From NCBI GenBank assembly GCA_951406725.2, contig OX597814.1, forward strand, positions 92,132,001-92,196,000: a DNA stretch of 64,000 nt. The letters run 5' to 3'. Below are positions 48,030 to 60,984 of the stretch, in pieces. Every line of letters starts with the position of its first letter. The first letter of the stretch is position 1. The DNA is from Octopus vulgaris (taxonomy: Eukaryota). Below the pieces are notes generated by a model that did not search any database, had not been told where the DNA came from, and saw nothing but the letters and a program-made list of their open reading frames with translations. The position numbers and the translations under genes were made by a program.

Positions 48030-49024
48030 TGCATGTATGTATGTATGTATGTATGTATGTATGTATGTATGTACGTAGCATGCGTGTATGTATGTAAGTA
48101 TATCTCTTTGTAAATATTTATGCGCTTATATGTATTTATATGTATTTGTATATATTTATATGTATATATGCGTTTGTATGTGTCTATATACAAAGTTTCG
48201 CACGCATATCTTTGAGAGACAATTGAGCACGTAACAGACCTTCATGTCAAAAAAGAACTTAATTATTCAGTCATAAGAGATTAATATTTTAAGCTGTAGA
48301 CTAAAATAACTAACGCTTTTGAATATGTTGCCCCAGCCAGACCGAACTTTTATCACTAGAGTCAAATTTTCTTGCATAAATCCAGAAATCAAATAAAGGG
48401 AAACCCTATCAGATACATGACAAAATAAATGGTAGCTAATTACGCGTATGAACTTTCAATAAGTACATGAACATTTATGAAAATTATGAACATTTATAAT
48501 GATTAATACTGATAAAAACAACAATCATCGTTCACAAAACCATTGCTACAAACCTAATCTGAATATAATAAATAAGGTTTTTCTTTGGTTGCTATTCGTA
48601 TAAACATTAGTGAATTGAATAAATGAAAAATTTATTGTAGTATATTGTTAATATTAGAAATACATCCGATATGCAAGATTGGTTGCAATAAATACATAAC
48701 CAAAGACAAGAGGGAAAAGAAGAAATTATGCGTAAACATTTTAATTAGATAATGAAATGAAATTATGATTTATGTCCCCCAGACTAATACATTAATAATC
48801 GAAATATTTGGAGTTGCCGGAATGAAGACAACTAATTTAACGAAATTATAACAGAATTTTTGGATAAACACATGGTGGTAGAGTTTCAAATTAAAAGACA
48901 AAACGCAATTTTTGTTTCGTTTTTCTTTGTGCTTTGTTTTGTAATTATTATTTTGTTCAGATGCCGACGTTTTTAACTTTTAAAAGTCTACAAAAAATAG
49001 AAATTCATTCCACTTTTCTCGGTT

Positions 49025-49056
<32 letters not shown>

Positions 49057-49469
49057 TGTATGTATGTATGTATGTATGTATGTATGTATGTATAAGATTA
49101 AGCGTTTACTTCTTTAGAATGGCCTTCTGCGCACATTATTAAAATAGGAGGGGATAACTTGCGTTGTTCCCGAGTAATTTTAAGTTAAACTGTGTATAAA
49201 TGTCACATAAATGTTTCTGAAGAATGAGAGAGTGTAGGGAAAAGGCAAGGGAGAGAAAATGATACACATAACAAAAAGGAGAAAGAAATAATGCTACACT
49301 AAGTGAGAGCCGTAAATAGGTAAGAGAATTGAGTATGAAAAAGTATTTAGATAAACTTATATTGTGCTAGAAAATTGAGTTGTTACGTAGATTGTGGCCT
49401 TTGTTTACTTGTAAAATCTTAGTGTTTCCTCAATCACCACTATTAGATCTGCTCACCCCAATCTTCACC

Positions 49470-49697
49470 TCAACCTTTAAGCATTTAAACCGACCATATC
49501 TAACCTAAATATTCAACACATTTTATGTTCAAATCAGCCAGATCCTGCCTCTTGCATCTAACTTACAACATCATTCTACAAAATAAACAATCACAGGATT
49601 GAAATCTCGAAGCTACGAAATAATACAAGATCAATTCATAATAATGTGAAAGGATAAATATTATATTTGACAGAGTAATCTGAATCCTAAAGGGTAG
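49470..49697. mobile_element. Probable piggyBac-type MITE, decayed
   Basis: Ends TCAACCTTTAAGCATT / AATCCTAAAGGGTAG resemble TTAA-CCCTTTAGCATT inverted termini. Confidence 0.45.
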
Positions 49698-50971
49698 TAA
49701 ATGGTTAAAGCTACATCAATAACCAATAATCTGTTGTCCATCCTCTTAAATTCGTAATACATAAATGGGCATGCCACTTCAATTTTATATATCAGGCATT
49801 TTTGTGCTTAACGCATTTATTTTTCCCTTTGTCTTTTTATTCATTTTTTTTTCTTTTCTTGCTGTCATTAAGGGCAATTATTTCTTTGAAATAAGATGCG
49901 TATTACATTCTGCTCAAGAAAATTACGTTTACAAATATCTGACGTTACTGAAATAATGTCGCCAGCAATATATATCGATATGTGTGTGTATGTATACGTG
50001 TACTGGCGTATGTGTGCGTGTGATGGGCGCATGTGTTCGTGTATGTGTGTGTGTGCGTGTAATTTCAAGACATACATCGACACTCTTTGGCGAAACACTA
50101 TCTGCAGGAGAAAGTTAGTCTTATAATGACATTCTTATTGTCACAAATTCCTTTTGCCAAACATAAAAGAGAAAACTCTCATTTATAACTTTTATAAATT
50201 ACTTTTGAAGCTGGAAAGTCTTCTTACATCACAAAGCAATCGTATATGATCTTCTTCTTTCCACTTCGTGCAGAACGTATTACTACTGACATTTAAGTCG
50301 TTCGCCTTAGTTCCGAGTAATTCGATTCAAAATTATTGTCTTCTTTCGTTTTAAAATCAAGCTCTACCTAAAGGTTATATTTAATAAGTTAAAACTTTCA
50401 GGAAGAAAAGAAATTTTAAATCCACCTATGGTGGTTTACAGCAAACACAAAAATAGTATAAGGTTTTATCATACTCTTGAAAATTCATATAAAACAAAAC
50501 CATTTCTTTTCTTGAGTGAAAACTAATTCTCGAAACGGAAAATTTAACATGGATTTGTCTTTCTGGCTTTGTTACATTAAAGCATCTATTGAATTCTATT
50601 CTACTTGGAAAGTATTAGTCTGATTCACTCTAATTGACGTACAAGATAAGCACTATTGTTTTAAGGACTGGCACTAGAGTTTACCAGTCATAGAAATTAT
50701 AAGAAATTGAAGTACACATTTGTGTCAGGAAAAGTTTAATGAGAGTGGCAACATTTTATATCATTTTTACATGGTGCAAAATTATATTTATCTTATTTCC
50801 AATAAATGTAGCCCTCGTGAACAAATAAAACACCAATGTTTAAAATTCTGACTAAGTAAATAAAACAAAAATCGTTTCTTAAAAGTCTCATAGCAATCAA
50901 AACAAAGTGTAGTCGCTTATAGTTGGTAAAGCTAATTTTATACGTCTATCTGGTTAAGAGTATTTGGTTAA

Positions 50972-51338
50972 TCCCTATATATATAAACGGCAAAATTTCT
51001 GTGTGTGTGTGTCCTTTATACAAATCCACAATTTTTCAGTTAGAGGGCTCGCCCTTTCTATGGTCATTCAAAATCGTCCAAGGGTGGTCGTTCACATCTT
51101 TACATTTCCCCAGTCACCCCGCAAAGCCATTACAAAAATCAATAGATGTGATATTTTTGTGAAATTTCTATCCAAAACCCAATCAAAATGCCCGAAATTT
51201 GATACGCCAATTGAATGCCAGCTAGCTGTATGTGATTGGTCGGAGATTTGGACAGTACTCGCGTGTATGTGCGCACGCACGCAGCTGTATATGCATGCAC
51301 TAGCACTATGACCCGACGTTGCCGGGTCATAGTGCTAG
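50972..51338 (+). mobile_element. Non-autonomous Helitron
   Basis: A|TC 5' end (TCCCTATATATATAAACGGCAA), subterminal GC hairpin, CTAG|T 3' end, no TSD. Confidence 0.85.
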
Positions 51339-52087
51339 TTAGATAAATAAATGGTTTCATTATTTCAGAGTTAGCTTGTCTTATTGAAAAGATGCAGATA
51401 TTTAACAAATACAGCGACATTTATTGTCTCGTCAAAGGCTTGTATTTTGTCCATGAAAAATGGCATGAAGCATATTGACGAACTCCAGGTACTTCTAAGG
51501 GAAATATCTAATTCGCTTTTGTATTTAGAGCAAAGATATAACTGTGTGTGCGTTCGAGTGTGCGCGCATGCGTGTAGTGTGTGCGTGTGTGCGTGTGTAT
51601 ACATACGTTTGTTTGAATGTGCGCGCGTCCGTGTGTGTATGTATGTGTGTGTGTGTGTGTGTAAGTAGCTTGTTTTTTGACATTAGATTCAAGACAAAAA
51701 GTAGAAATCAAAGAACTAAATGTTTAATTTAGAAAAGAAAGGGGGAAAAACACAGTGTCAATTATGGAAACATATGGAATTTCATGATCGGTTGTTGCTC
51801 ACAATGTAATGATAATTTTGCTGACATGTCACCATCATCTATAAAACGTTCAACGAAGAATTGTTTATAAACTCTGACACATAATTATAGTTTTAAACGT
51901 ATCGTGATTTGATACTGCAAATCACGAAACAACTATTATTACTTGTGTGTACATAAATACACACACGCATACATACATGAACATACATACATATATACTC
52001 GCATACATACATACATACATACATACATACATACATACATACATACATACATACATACATACATACATACATTCATACATACATATA

Positions 52088-52500
52088 TAGTATTGAGAAA
52101 TCTGCAGTTACTCTATCCAGATTACAAGTTCAGGTTTAAACCTGTAATTATTGGGCCCCTGGGATATGTAATACACTGCCTAAATACCAATCTTGAGAAA
52201 TTAGGCTTCTTGAAACCAGAAAAGAGAAAGCTGATTCGAAGACTACGCATCCAGTCCATCAGTGGAACTGTAAATTCTGTAAAATTTTCCAGTTTATCAT
52301 TCAAGTATATACGAGCATGTCTAGATATGTAAGTATATGCATGAGAAGACATACATGAAACAAACCATACAAATCTGCCCACATACAACATGCATACAAA
52401 ATACCTTGTTGATGTTAAAATGCCGCTGAAGGAACCTTGGATCTAGGTTAGAAGCTGGCTCTTTCTCTATAGGTAAGAAATCATGAAATAAAACTGAATA
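52088..52500 (+). mobile_element. 3' fragment of another RLE-type non-LTR retrotransposon, in (CATA)n
   Basis: LRNLQLLYPDYKFRFKPVIIGPLGYV..CL..NLEKLGF...IRRL..QSISGTV plus 3' UTR; a related UTR piece at 58560-58655, also after (CATA)n. Confidence 0.7.
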
Positions 52501-54769
52501 TATACATGCATACACACATAAATACAAAACTATATACAGTTGCAGAAACACACACACACACACACACATATGTATTGTATCTCAGAGTGTTATCAAGCCC
52601 ATAATGCATTCTTATAAAGTTCTTCATCTAGCAAAAGCTAGATGCACTCAGAATTTCAAGCCTCTTCTACAAGAAAACCAGCAGTAGATTGACAAACTAA
52701 AAACTGGAATGGGTTATTGTAATTAGCTTGACCGTCAAAACTGCAATAAAAGCTTTAGAACATTGCCAAAAACAACTGTTGCTTTGATATATATATAACT
52801 GAGAAGACATCATATAGTGAAAATTGATTAGCATGAGAAAGGTTTAATAACAAATAAGCTATTCTAACGCTAATTAATTTAGACTATACGAAGTCTTCTG
52901 AAACGGTGAGCAATTTGTTAGAATACCCATTATGAATTATGGTGTCCAACTTCTTATCTGCTTGATTTATCAAAAGTAATATCAACTTCTGCCGATAAAT
53001 GGCATAGTGTCTTGAAATGTACTGCAATATATATGACTTGCATTTCTATCAATCTCTCTGTATTGTAAGACCATATCGGTTAGAGAATTATTTGAACCTT
53101 GAATGCATAGACATGATTGTAACGTATTTAATTTGACGGACTAACAATTCTAATGACTGGAGATATTATTTGTATGATATATCAAAGCGTCTGCACGCAA
53201 TGCGCACAAGACCATATATACTCAATACAAACTCTGAAATATTTACAAATGCACACAAGTATGCTAACTTTGTCAATTTGTCTACGAAAGCAATACACAC
53301 GAGCGATGAAGTCCGTTAAAACAGCACACCTGCTCGTTCACGCCAACACTTAATCACATTCATATGCGTGTGCACAAGGTCACCAAATTATCTAAGACGT
53401 ACAGATATCCCCCTACGTTACGGCTACCTCAGGTTACGAGATTTCGAGCTTAAGGAAAGTGTAAAGTATGACCATTAATTTCGGGATACATTTTGTAATT
53501 CCGCTCTGACGGAACTCGGATTACGTAGTTTTAAATCATTAACGATTTTAAAATACTTTTTTCTTAGTTCAATGACCACTAGTTATGATAAAAATATATA
53601 GTCAACGTTATGAAAAACTATCATCACATTACACACATATATACACTAAAAGCTGATGAGGCCGAAGAAACTACATAGCATACAATGATCAAATTTTAAT
53701 ACTGGTGAATTCTTCGATTTGCCCATATATATTGTTATATTTGGTAACATTGTATAGACCATGAAGATGTTGTAGGTAGAGAGGATCATTTAGATCTGCT
53801 TCAATTAGCGTTACATAAAACCTGTAAACATATTTTATATTACATAGTTTCTTATCGGCGTGTAAATAATGGTATGCAAGGGGTTGCTTCTCGCTCAGTA
53901 AACTTAAAATTTAAGAAGCAACAAGTTATGAGTTCTCAAAATCTAGACTCCCAGGTCATTATGTCGTATTGCATTGTGATGTATATATGGTAAGTTCTAT
54001 ACTTCTTCTTTGCAAATTCGATCTGTCTGACAATTTCTAATTCCCATTTCCATATTCTCACAATCCGAACAGCTACTGTCGTTAGAACATTTCTGATTGG
54101 TACAAATTCACTTTTCTATGACGTTAAGTTTTATAGCTTTAATTGATCCTATCACGTTAAGTCTTATAGCTTTAATTAATTCTATTTCTGTGAATATGAA
54201 TAATTTGTATCATTATTATATTTCTCGTTCATATTCGGTGCCTTTCATGAATTAGTCATGACAATTACCTCAATAATTAGTCACATGGGGTGTTTTGTTA
54301 CTCCAAAAATTTTAAGGGCTAGTAATTCCTAATTGGCAACTTGTTTCTTTCGCTCCCTCCCACTACTTTCTGACTCAGTAAGGGTGTATAGCTCACGGTG
54401 TGGCGCAGTTGTACCTCAGTTGTCGTGGGAGGCAGACGTCGCTTAGTCTTCAATCGGTAGTGAATCAGTGTGAACGGTAATAGTGCATTTTACCAACAAC
54501 TTACATGTTCATGCAACAAATCTATTATAATTTTTATTTCAATGAATAATTATGTCTTCAGTTCAGATTTTGAATACAATACACATTGTAACGGAAACTA
54601 TCTGCTATGTTCTTTGTTTTTTTTTTTTCAGCAGCATGACAATATTTTATATAATTGTAACACTACAGGAATTTTTATATTGGGGTTTGTAAACACCCCA
54701 TGAGACTATCCATTTTAGGAAATCCGGCGAGATGGAAAAGGCACTCGAGGTGAGGTGTATAATCCTCTT

Positions 54770-55225
54770 GTCTATATGTAGAATATTCTTTGCCAGACTA
54801 GGAATTACATAAAACATCCAGACACAAAGTTTCCAAAACGTTTTCTTCGTTCTCAACACAAGGAGGTCTTGTGCAACTGAAACCCGAGTGTCTTTTTAAT
54901 CGACTGAAAATTTTGGCACAAACTTGGCAGACATGCATCTCATACCCAAATCTTCAGTGATAATCGACTGACTGAACCATAACTAATCTGTACATCTGAT
55001 AACTCACGGATGGTGATTCGTCAATTTCTGCGATGTTTTACTCAGTTCTGCTGGTTGCAGGTCTCCAGAACGTTCGGCACTATCGACATTTTTTCAGCCA
55101 TCTTGGGAACATCAGAACTACTCATACACTTGTGTGCGGCCCTTACACTCCTCTCCATACACTTTCTGCAACTTTGCGTGGGCCTCTGAGCAGATATCAC
55201 CATGACAACTTTCTCTGCCATGGTT
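54770..55225 (-). pseudogene. Mariner transposase N-terminal fragment
   Basis: KLQKVYGEEC...TQVYE..F...RITIREL...DLGMRCMSAKFVPK (WVP-like motif); stops and frameshifts. Confidence 0.75.
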
Positions 55226-55228
55226 AAT

Positions 55229-55668
55229 GTGATAAATTAATTAATATCAGATACTCTTCCCTACTCCTATTTTACTATAACCATATAATCAACCATATCT
55301 ACATAGAAGAATATGTCTCAGAAGATACTAGAAAGATAATGATATACAGAGACGAGGTAATAATCAGAAAGAGGAAGGGTAGGGGTGACCCTAATCATAA
55401 ACATATGATTATCGACTAAAAGGGGCCTAAAATGGGAAACAAAGGAGGTCACAATGAGATCTAAGTGTGGGAATGCGCACCCAAGCTTAGCAAAATTTTT
55501 TAGATCAAAATATAAAAATTTAGAAATGTATTTAAGGACCAAGTAAGAGAAGGAGGATATATAAAGCAATCTAAGACATAATGGCTTAGATTAAGACTTA
55601 GATTACTTTATCTACTCTTTATCTATTTATGGTCATAGTGAAATAGGGTTAGGGAATTAATTTATCAC
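55229..55668. mobile_element. ~440 bp element with terminal inverted repeats (MITE or solo LTR)
   Basis: GTGATAAATTAATT / AATTAATTTATCAC ends plus subterminal IR 55259-55285 / 55628-55654; it truncates the mariner relic. Confidence 0.55.
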
Positions 55669-56107
55669 CACCATCAAGAGTTTGACTGTCAATTCCCAGT
55701 GGTTTTCATTCTAAGGGTTTGTAGACTACTTACTGCATTGGGTCTTTTGAATGTGATAAGGAAAAAGATGAATGTAGCTCTTTCTTGGCCCTCATTATTT
55801 TCTTCTACAAATCTGAATTATAGTAGGCTTTAGGTACCTCTTCCCTAAATTATATTCTGCTACAATAATAGCAAAAAAGAAGCAATGTAATTATTTTAGT
55901 CTCTAGTACTGATGAAAAATTTGCTAAAAAATTGTAATGGAGTATCCTGTATGTTGGAAACTTATAATGGTCGTATGCGTCCGAGGAGAGCGGTTTATTT
56001 CAAACTGATGTAATGTTTGCATCGATCGATTAAATGGAGGCGCTTAAAACCGCCGTAATGCACTGATACCTGGACATCCTTGTTACTTATTTGCTTTATA
56101 TATACAT

Positions 56108-56182
<75 letters not shown>

Positions 56183-56183
56183 T

Positions 56184-56275
<92 letters not shown>

Positions 56276-56307
56276 TATACACACATATATATATACACAC
56301 ACACAGT

Positions 56308-56340
<33 letters not shown>

Positions 56341-56764
56341 TAGAGTGTGTATGTGTATTATGTTTGTGTTGGTGCTATAGTGAAATATACGCATAAAAGT
56401 TTGTGCGTACAATTACAATAATACAAGTGAATTGGAAAAAATATACACACACACACACACAAACACATTAGAGTGTGTATATGACGTGTGTGTTGGTGAA
56501 ATAGTGTAATACACATGTAAATGTGCATAAGTGCGTACATTTACAATATTACAAGTGAATTGGAGAAAAAAGTTTTAGGCGTCGCGAAAGATTTAAAGAA
56601 ATGAGAGATGACTAGTTTCACAGCTTTTAGTTATGGCTTCCGTTACTAATAACACAGCAAAGAGAAAACATACGAAGAAGACATAAGGATATATTATACT
56701 TTCAGAAGTCATTACCACGTCCAAAAGATATCTAGACATATATGTGTGTGTGTGTATGTGTGTG

Positions 56765-56810
<46 letters not shown>

Positions 56811-56889
56811 TGAGTGCGTGAGTATGTATATACGTATATGCATGCATTTTGAATGTATATGTTATTTCAACTACATGAATACCGCTTAT

Positions 56890-57217
<328 letters not shown>

Positions 57218-58155
57218 TGTTTCTTTATTAGCCACACAAGGCTGCACACAGACGGGACAAATTACAAGGTAGAGCTTTTCTTTTGGGGGATAAAAAAAGG
57301 GAGTTTGGTTTTCGATCAAAAGGGATCGTAAAAGGAAAGAAAGAGGAAAGCAAAAAAAGGGGGGAGGATAAAAGGAAAAAGAAAATTTGATCAATAGGGA
57401 TCGTTATCATAGAAATGTTAATATAAAGTGTAAAGAGGAGGACAGGTGAGGTTTACCCGTGGAAAGAAAACCCTACGGAAATGACCACGGTAACCTCGTT
57501 CAATGAAGTCACATGTTATATTTTTTTACAAATAAGCAACTCTCTGTATTAATTTTTACGGTTGATAGGATCATGGTCAAGGTGGCTTCGTTATTCATAC
57601 GTGCCATACTTGCTACATTCACCCATCTTTTTTTAAAACATTCACTAGACAAAAGTTGCCTCTCTACCCTCACTTTCCTCTTCTAGTGATACTTGAAGAA
57701 GTTGATGAGAGATTGACCAGAGAGGAAAGTGTTTGTCTCTAATCCTTCCAGGCGAGTCCACCAGATACATTCTTTCGCCATAGCCGCAAGTATGATGAAA
57801 ATAGCTCTTCCTTCCCGTTTGAAGGAAGGAGGCGTGACGATATTAACGATAGACTCGGCTGATAAACCGACACGTCCCACACGTGACAGCAGTCGTTCGA
57901 CATAAGCCCACAGGTCGGAGATTGTTGGACACTGCACGATTGCGTGCAGAACAGTTTCGTCGCTCTGCCCGCATCTCGGGCAGGTCGGCCCCGTGTTTCT
58001 CGAGCCATGCCTATAGAGCTTATCCCGAACGGGTAGCGCTTCTCGGTAGCACTGCCAAGCCGGGGATCTCTGGAAGTTGTTCATAGGTCCCGGCCCGAAA
58101 GTCGTCTCAAACAGGCGGGTCAGGTATTCCTCGTCGATGCCCAGGTTCGCCCTAA
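57218..58155 (-). mobile_element. Tx1/L1-clade LINE 3' fragment (zf-RVT C-terminus plus 3' UTR) inserted in (GATA)n
   Basis: AWQCYREALPVRDKL...CPRCGQSDETVLHAIVQCP...W...AKECIWWTR...FKKRW; GATA tracts on both sides. Confidence 0.88.
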
Positions 58156-58196
58156 GTGATAGATAGATAGATAGATAGATATATAGATAGATAGAC

Positions 58197-58322
<126 letters not shown>

Positions 58323-58521
58323 TTATGGTCGGTCTATGGGGTTACCCGAGGTTTAACGTCCAAAGGCTAGAAGTCCTTCACTCCCATTGGTTTAACCGCG
58401 CGATCGAGTATTTAGCCCGATTATTTCTATGTCCCCGTGCATGATAAGAAAACAAAATTTCACATTTATTGCATACATACATACATACATACATACATAC
58501 ATACATACATACATACATACA

Positions 58522-58555
<34 letters not shown>

Positions 58556-58741
58556 CATGCCCTGTTGATGTTGTTGAAATTCCACTGAACTACGTTACAA
58601 ACCGGCTCTTTCTCTATTGGCATGAAATCTTGAAACAAACCTAAATAACGACATACATGTACATAGATGTGTATAATCATCACTGGCAAATTATCTTTTC
58701 CTAGATGTTAAAGACAATGGCTACCAGAACTGTTCGTACTG

Positions 58742-59210
58742 AAGTCAATAATAGTTTGCACAACACCACATAGTCGCTCACTTACAAAGTCAAGTAATCT
58801 AGGTAGGTGCAAGCTCTTTGGCATCGCAATGATGCGAGTGCAATTTAGGAATTTCCTTCTAAGATATGTCTAAACAAAAATAAGGACCTTACAATCCCAG
58901 CAGTTAGGTGGCTGTTTTGTGCACAGAGTTCATACGCACTTTGGCACGTTTTTCTGTAGAATGTCCAACGTTAAAAATCCTCTCTAACCAAGCATTATTG
59001 GTACGGTTACCGGTTTAGCTACCGAGAGTTCTGCAATGCCAACGGTTGTATTGGGTTACATGTTACCAGTAGCACTTAGAGTCACCTGTCAGGCGTACAT
59101 ACAAATATATTCATGTGAGCGTTTATATATATTCATATATATGTATGTTTGTGTGCATGTGTGTGAGTGTGTGTGCGTCTATGTATGTATGTATGTATGT
59201 ATTATGTGTG

Positions 59211-59245
<35 letters not shown>

Positions 59246-59818
59246 ATGTATATGTGTCTGTGCTTGTGTTTATGTGTACGTGTGTGTCGGTTATTAACAG
59301 CATAGGCAGTATTATTACTTAACGTGGGTGTTGATAGTCGTGTCTATGATGATATGGTAATTATAGTCTGTTACTGAGTGGATATTATAACGATCCAAAT
59401 TTTGAGGATAATAACACTGTACGACTGGGAGTGGTACAGTGCCAAATGGAAACATCCTTCCGATGACTTCAGAATATAACGATAAATCTACATGCATACA
59501 TGATGGCTGCCCACTCGTTATCGAGTATGGCCATTGCACGAAGGTTAACAGTTATTGGTGCTTTGATCGAATGTGACTTTTATTTGCTTTTTAACGTTAC
59601 AGCCAGAAAAACGTGCCAAAGTGCGGATGAACTCTGTGCACAAAACGGCCACCTAACTGCTGGGATTGTAAGGTCCTTATTTTTGTTTAGACATCTCTTA
59701 GAAGGAAATTCCTAAATTGCACTCACATCATTGCGATGCCAAAGAGCTTGCACCTACCTAGATTACTTGACTTTGTAGATGAGCGACTATGTGGTGTTGT
59801 GCAAACTATTATTGACTT
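58742..59818. repeat. Foldback structure with ~235 bp inverted arms (58742-58977 / 59587-59818)
   Basis: High-identity reverse-complement match read directly; non-coding ~610 bp spacer. Confidence 0.9.
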
Positions 59819-60606
59819 TATTATTACTTTAACTAAGACGACCACCGTAATACTGCTATTTTCGTTCTAAGAAACTCCCGTATAGACGTGTAGTGAATAC
59901 ACGCACAGAGATACTGGTATCAAAAGAAAACTCTCCTGCATCGGTTGTAGAACTGCTGTATCACTTTATTTCGGTTTGTTTTGTGCTTCATCAGTAGGAG
60001 ATCTCCACTAACACTGCATACTGGCTAATTCTCTCTGCCACCGATATACAAAGAAACAGCGACTATTCAGTGAGAAGTGTCGCTAAAGCCCACCACGCCG
60101 AAATTAAGTGATACACTAGTTCCACTACTGTTGCCGAACAGTTCTCATCTGCAGCCAAAATCTCTGCGCTTCATGCGCTAAACGAGAGACCGTCTCCGGA
60201 CGAATATCTCAGTATTACAGTGCCCTTATAATCCACGTGAACTAGTATTTAAAGATACATATATTTAAAACGATAGACAATTTATATCCATATCAATAGT
60301 TTTAAATTGCATACAAATGTTTATTGGCTGTCTTATTTCTCATTAGACTAACCAATTTAGTTAACAATTTTTATCATTGTCTTAAACTGATATCAATATG
60401 TGTCCTCTTTAAACTAGTAACTTTCATTCAAGTCTTATATCTTTATATCCTGATCATTTCGGCATCACAATTCTATGCATAATGGCATTACATACTACGT
60501 ATGAAATACTTATACTACTTACTTAAACTTGGTACACATGATACACACAAACTCCCCACACTTCAATACATATATGTGTGCATATATGTATGTATGTGTG
60601 TAACAT

Positions 60607-60638
<32 letters not shown>

Positions 60639-60721
60639 CATGTATGTATGTATTATGTATATATATATTTATATATATGCATGTATATAACGCACACACA
60701 CGCAGACACAAAGACACACAC

Positions 60722-60764
<43 letters not shown>

Positions 60765-60984
60765 TGAGAAATTTCAAATCAGGTAAACCACAATGAACAC
60801 ATATGTCGACGGGTTTAATTAAGATAAAATTGTCGAAGAAAAGATATTGATATATTCAAAATACATATAAAAACATAAAAATACATATAGCCATATAAAT
60901 ATATTAATACGCAATACGGTAATGATAAAAAGAAGTATAAGCATATAGGTCTTTTAAAAATAAGTTATATAGTGAAGTGAAAAT

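Noticed and set aside
53400-54390. Tigger/pogo-like element
   Set aside because: The left end (TACAGATATCCCC..CGTTACG) is suggestive, but I could not confirm a matching right TIR or transposase motifs.
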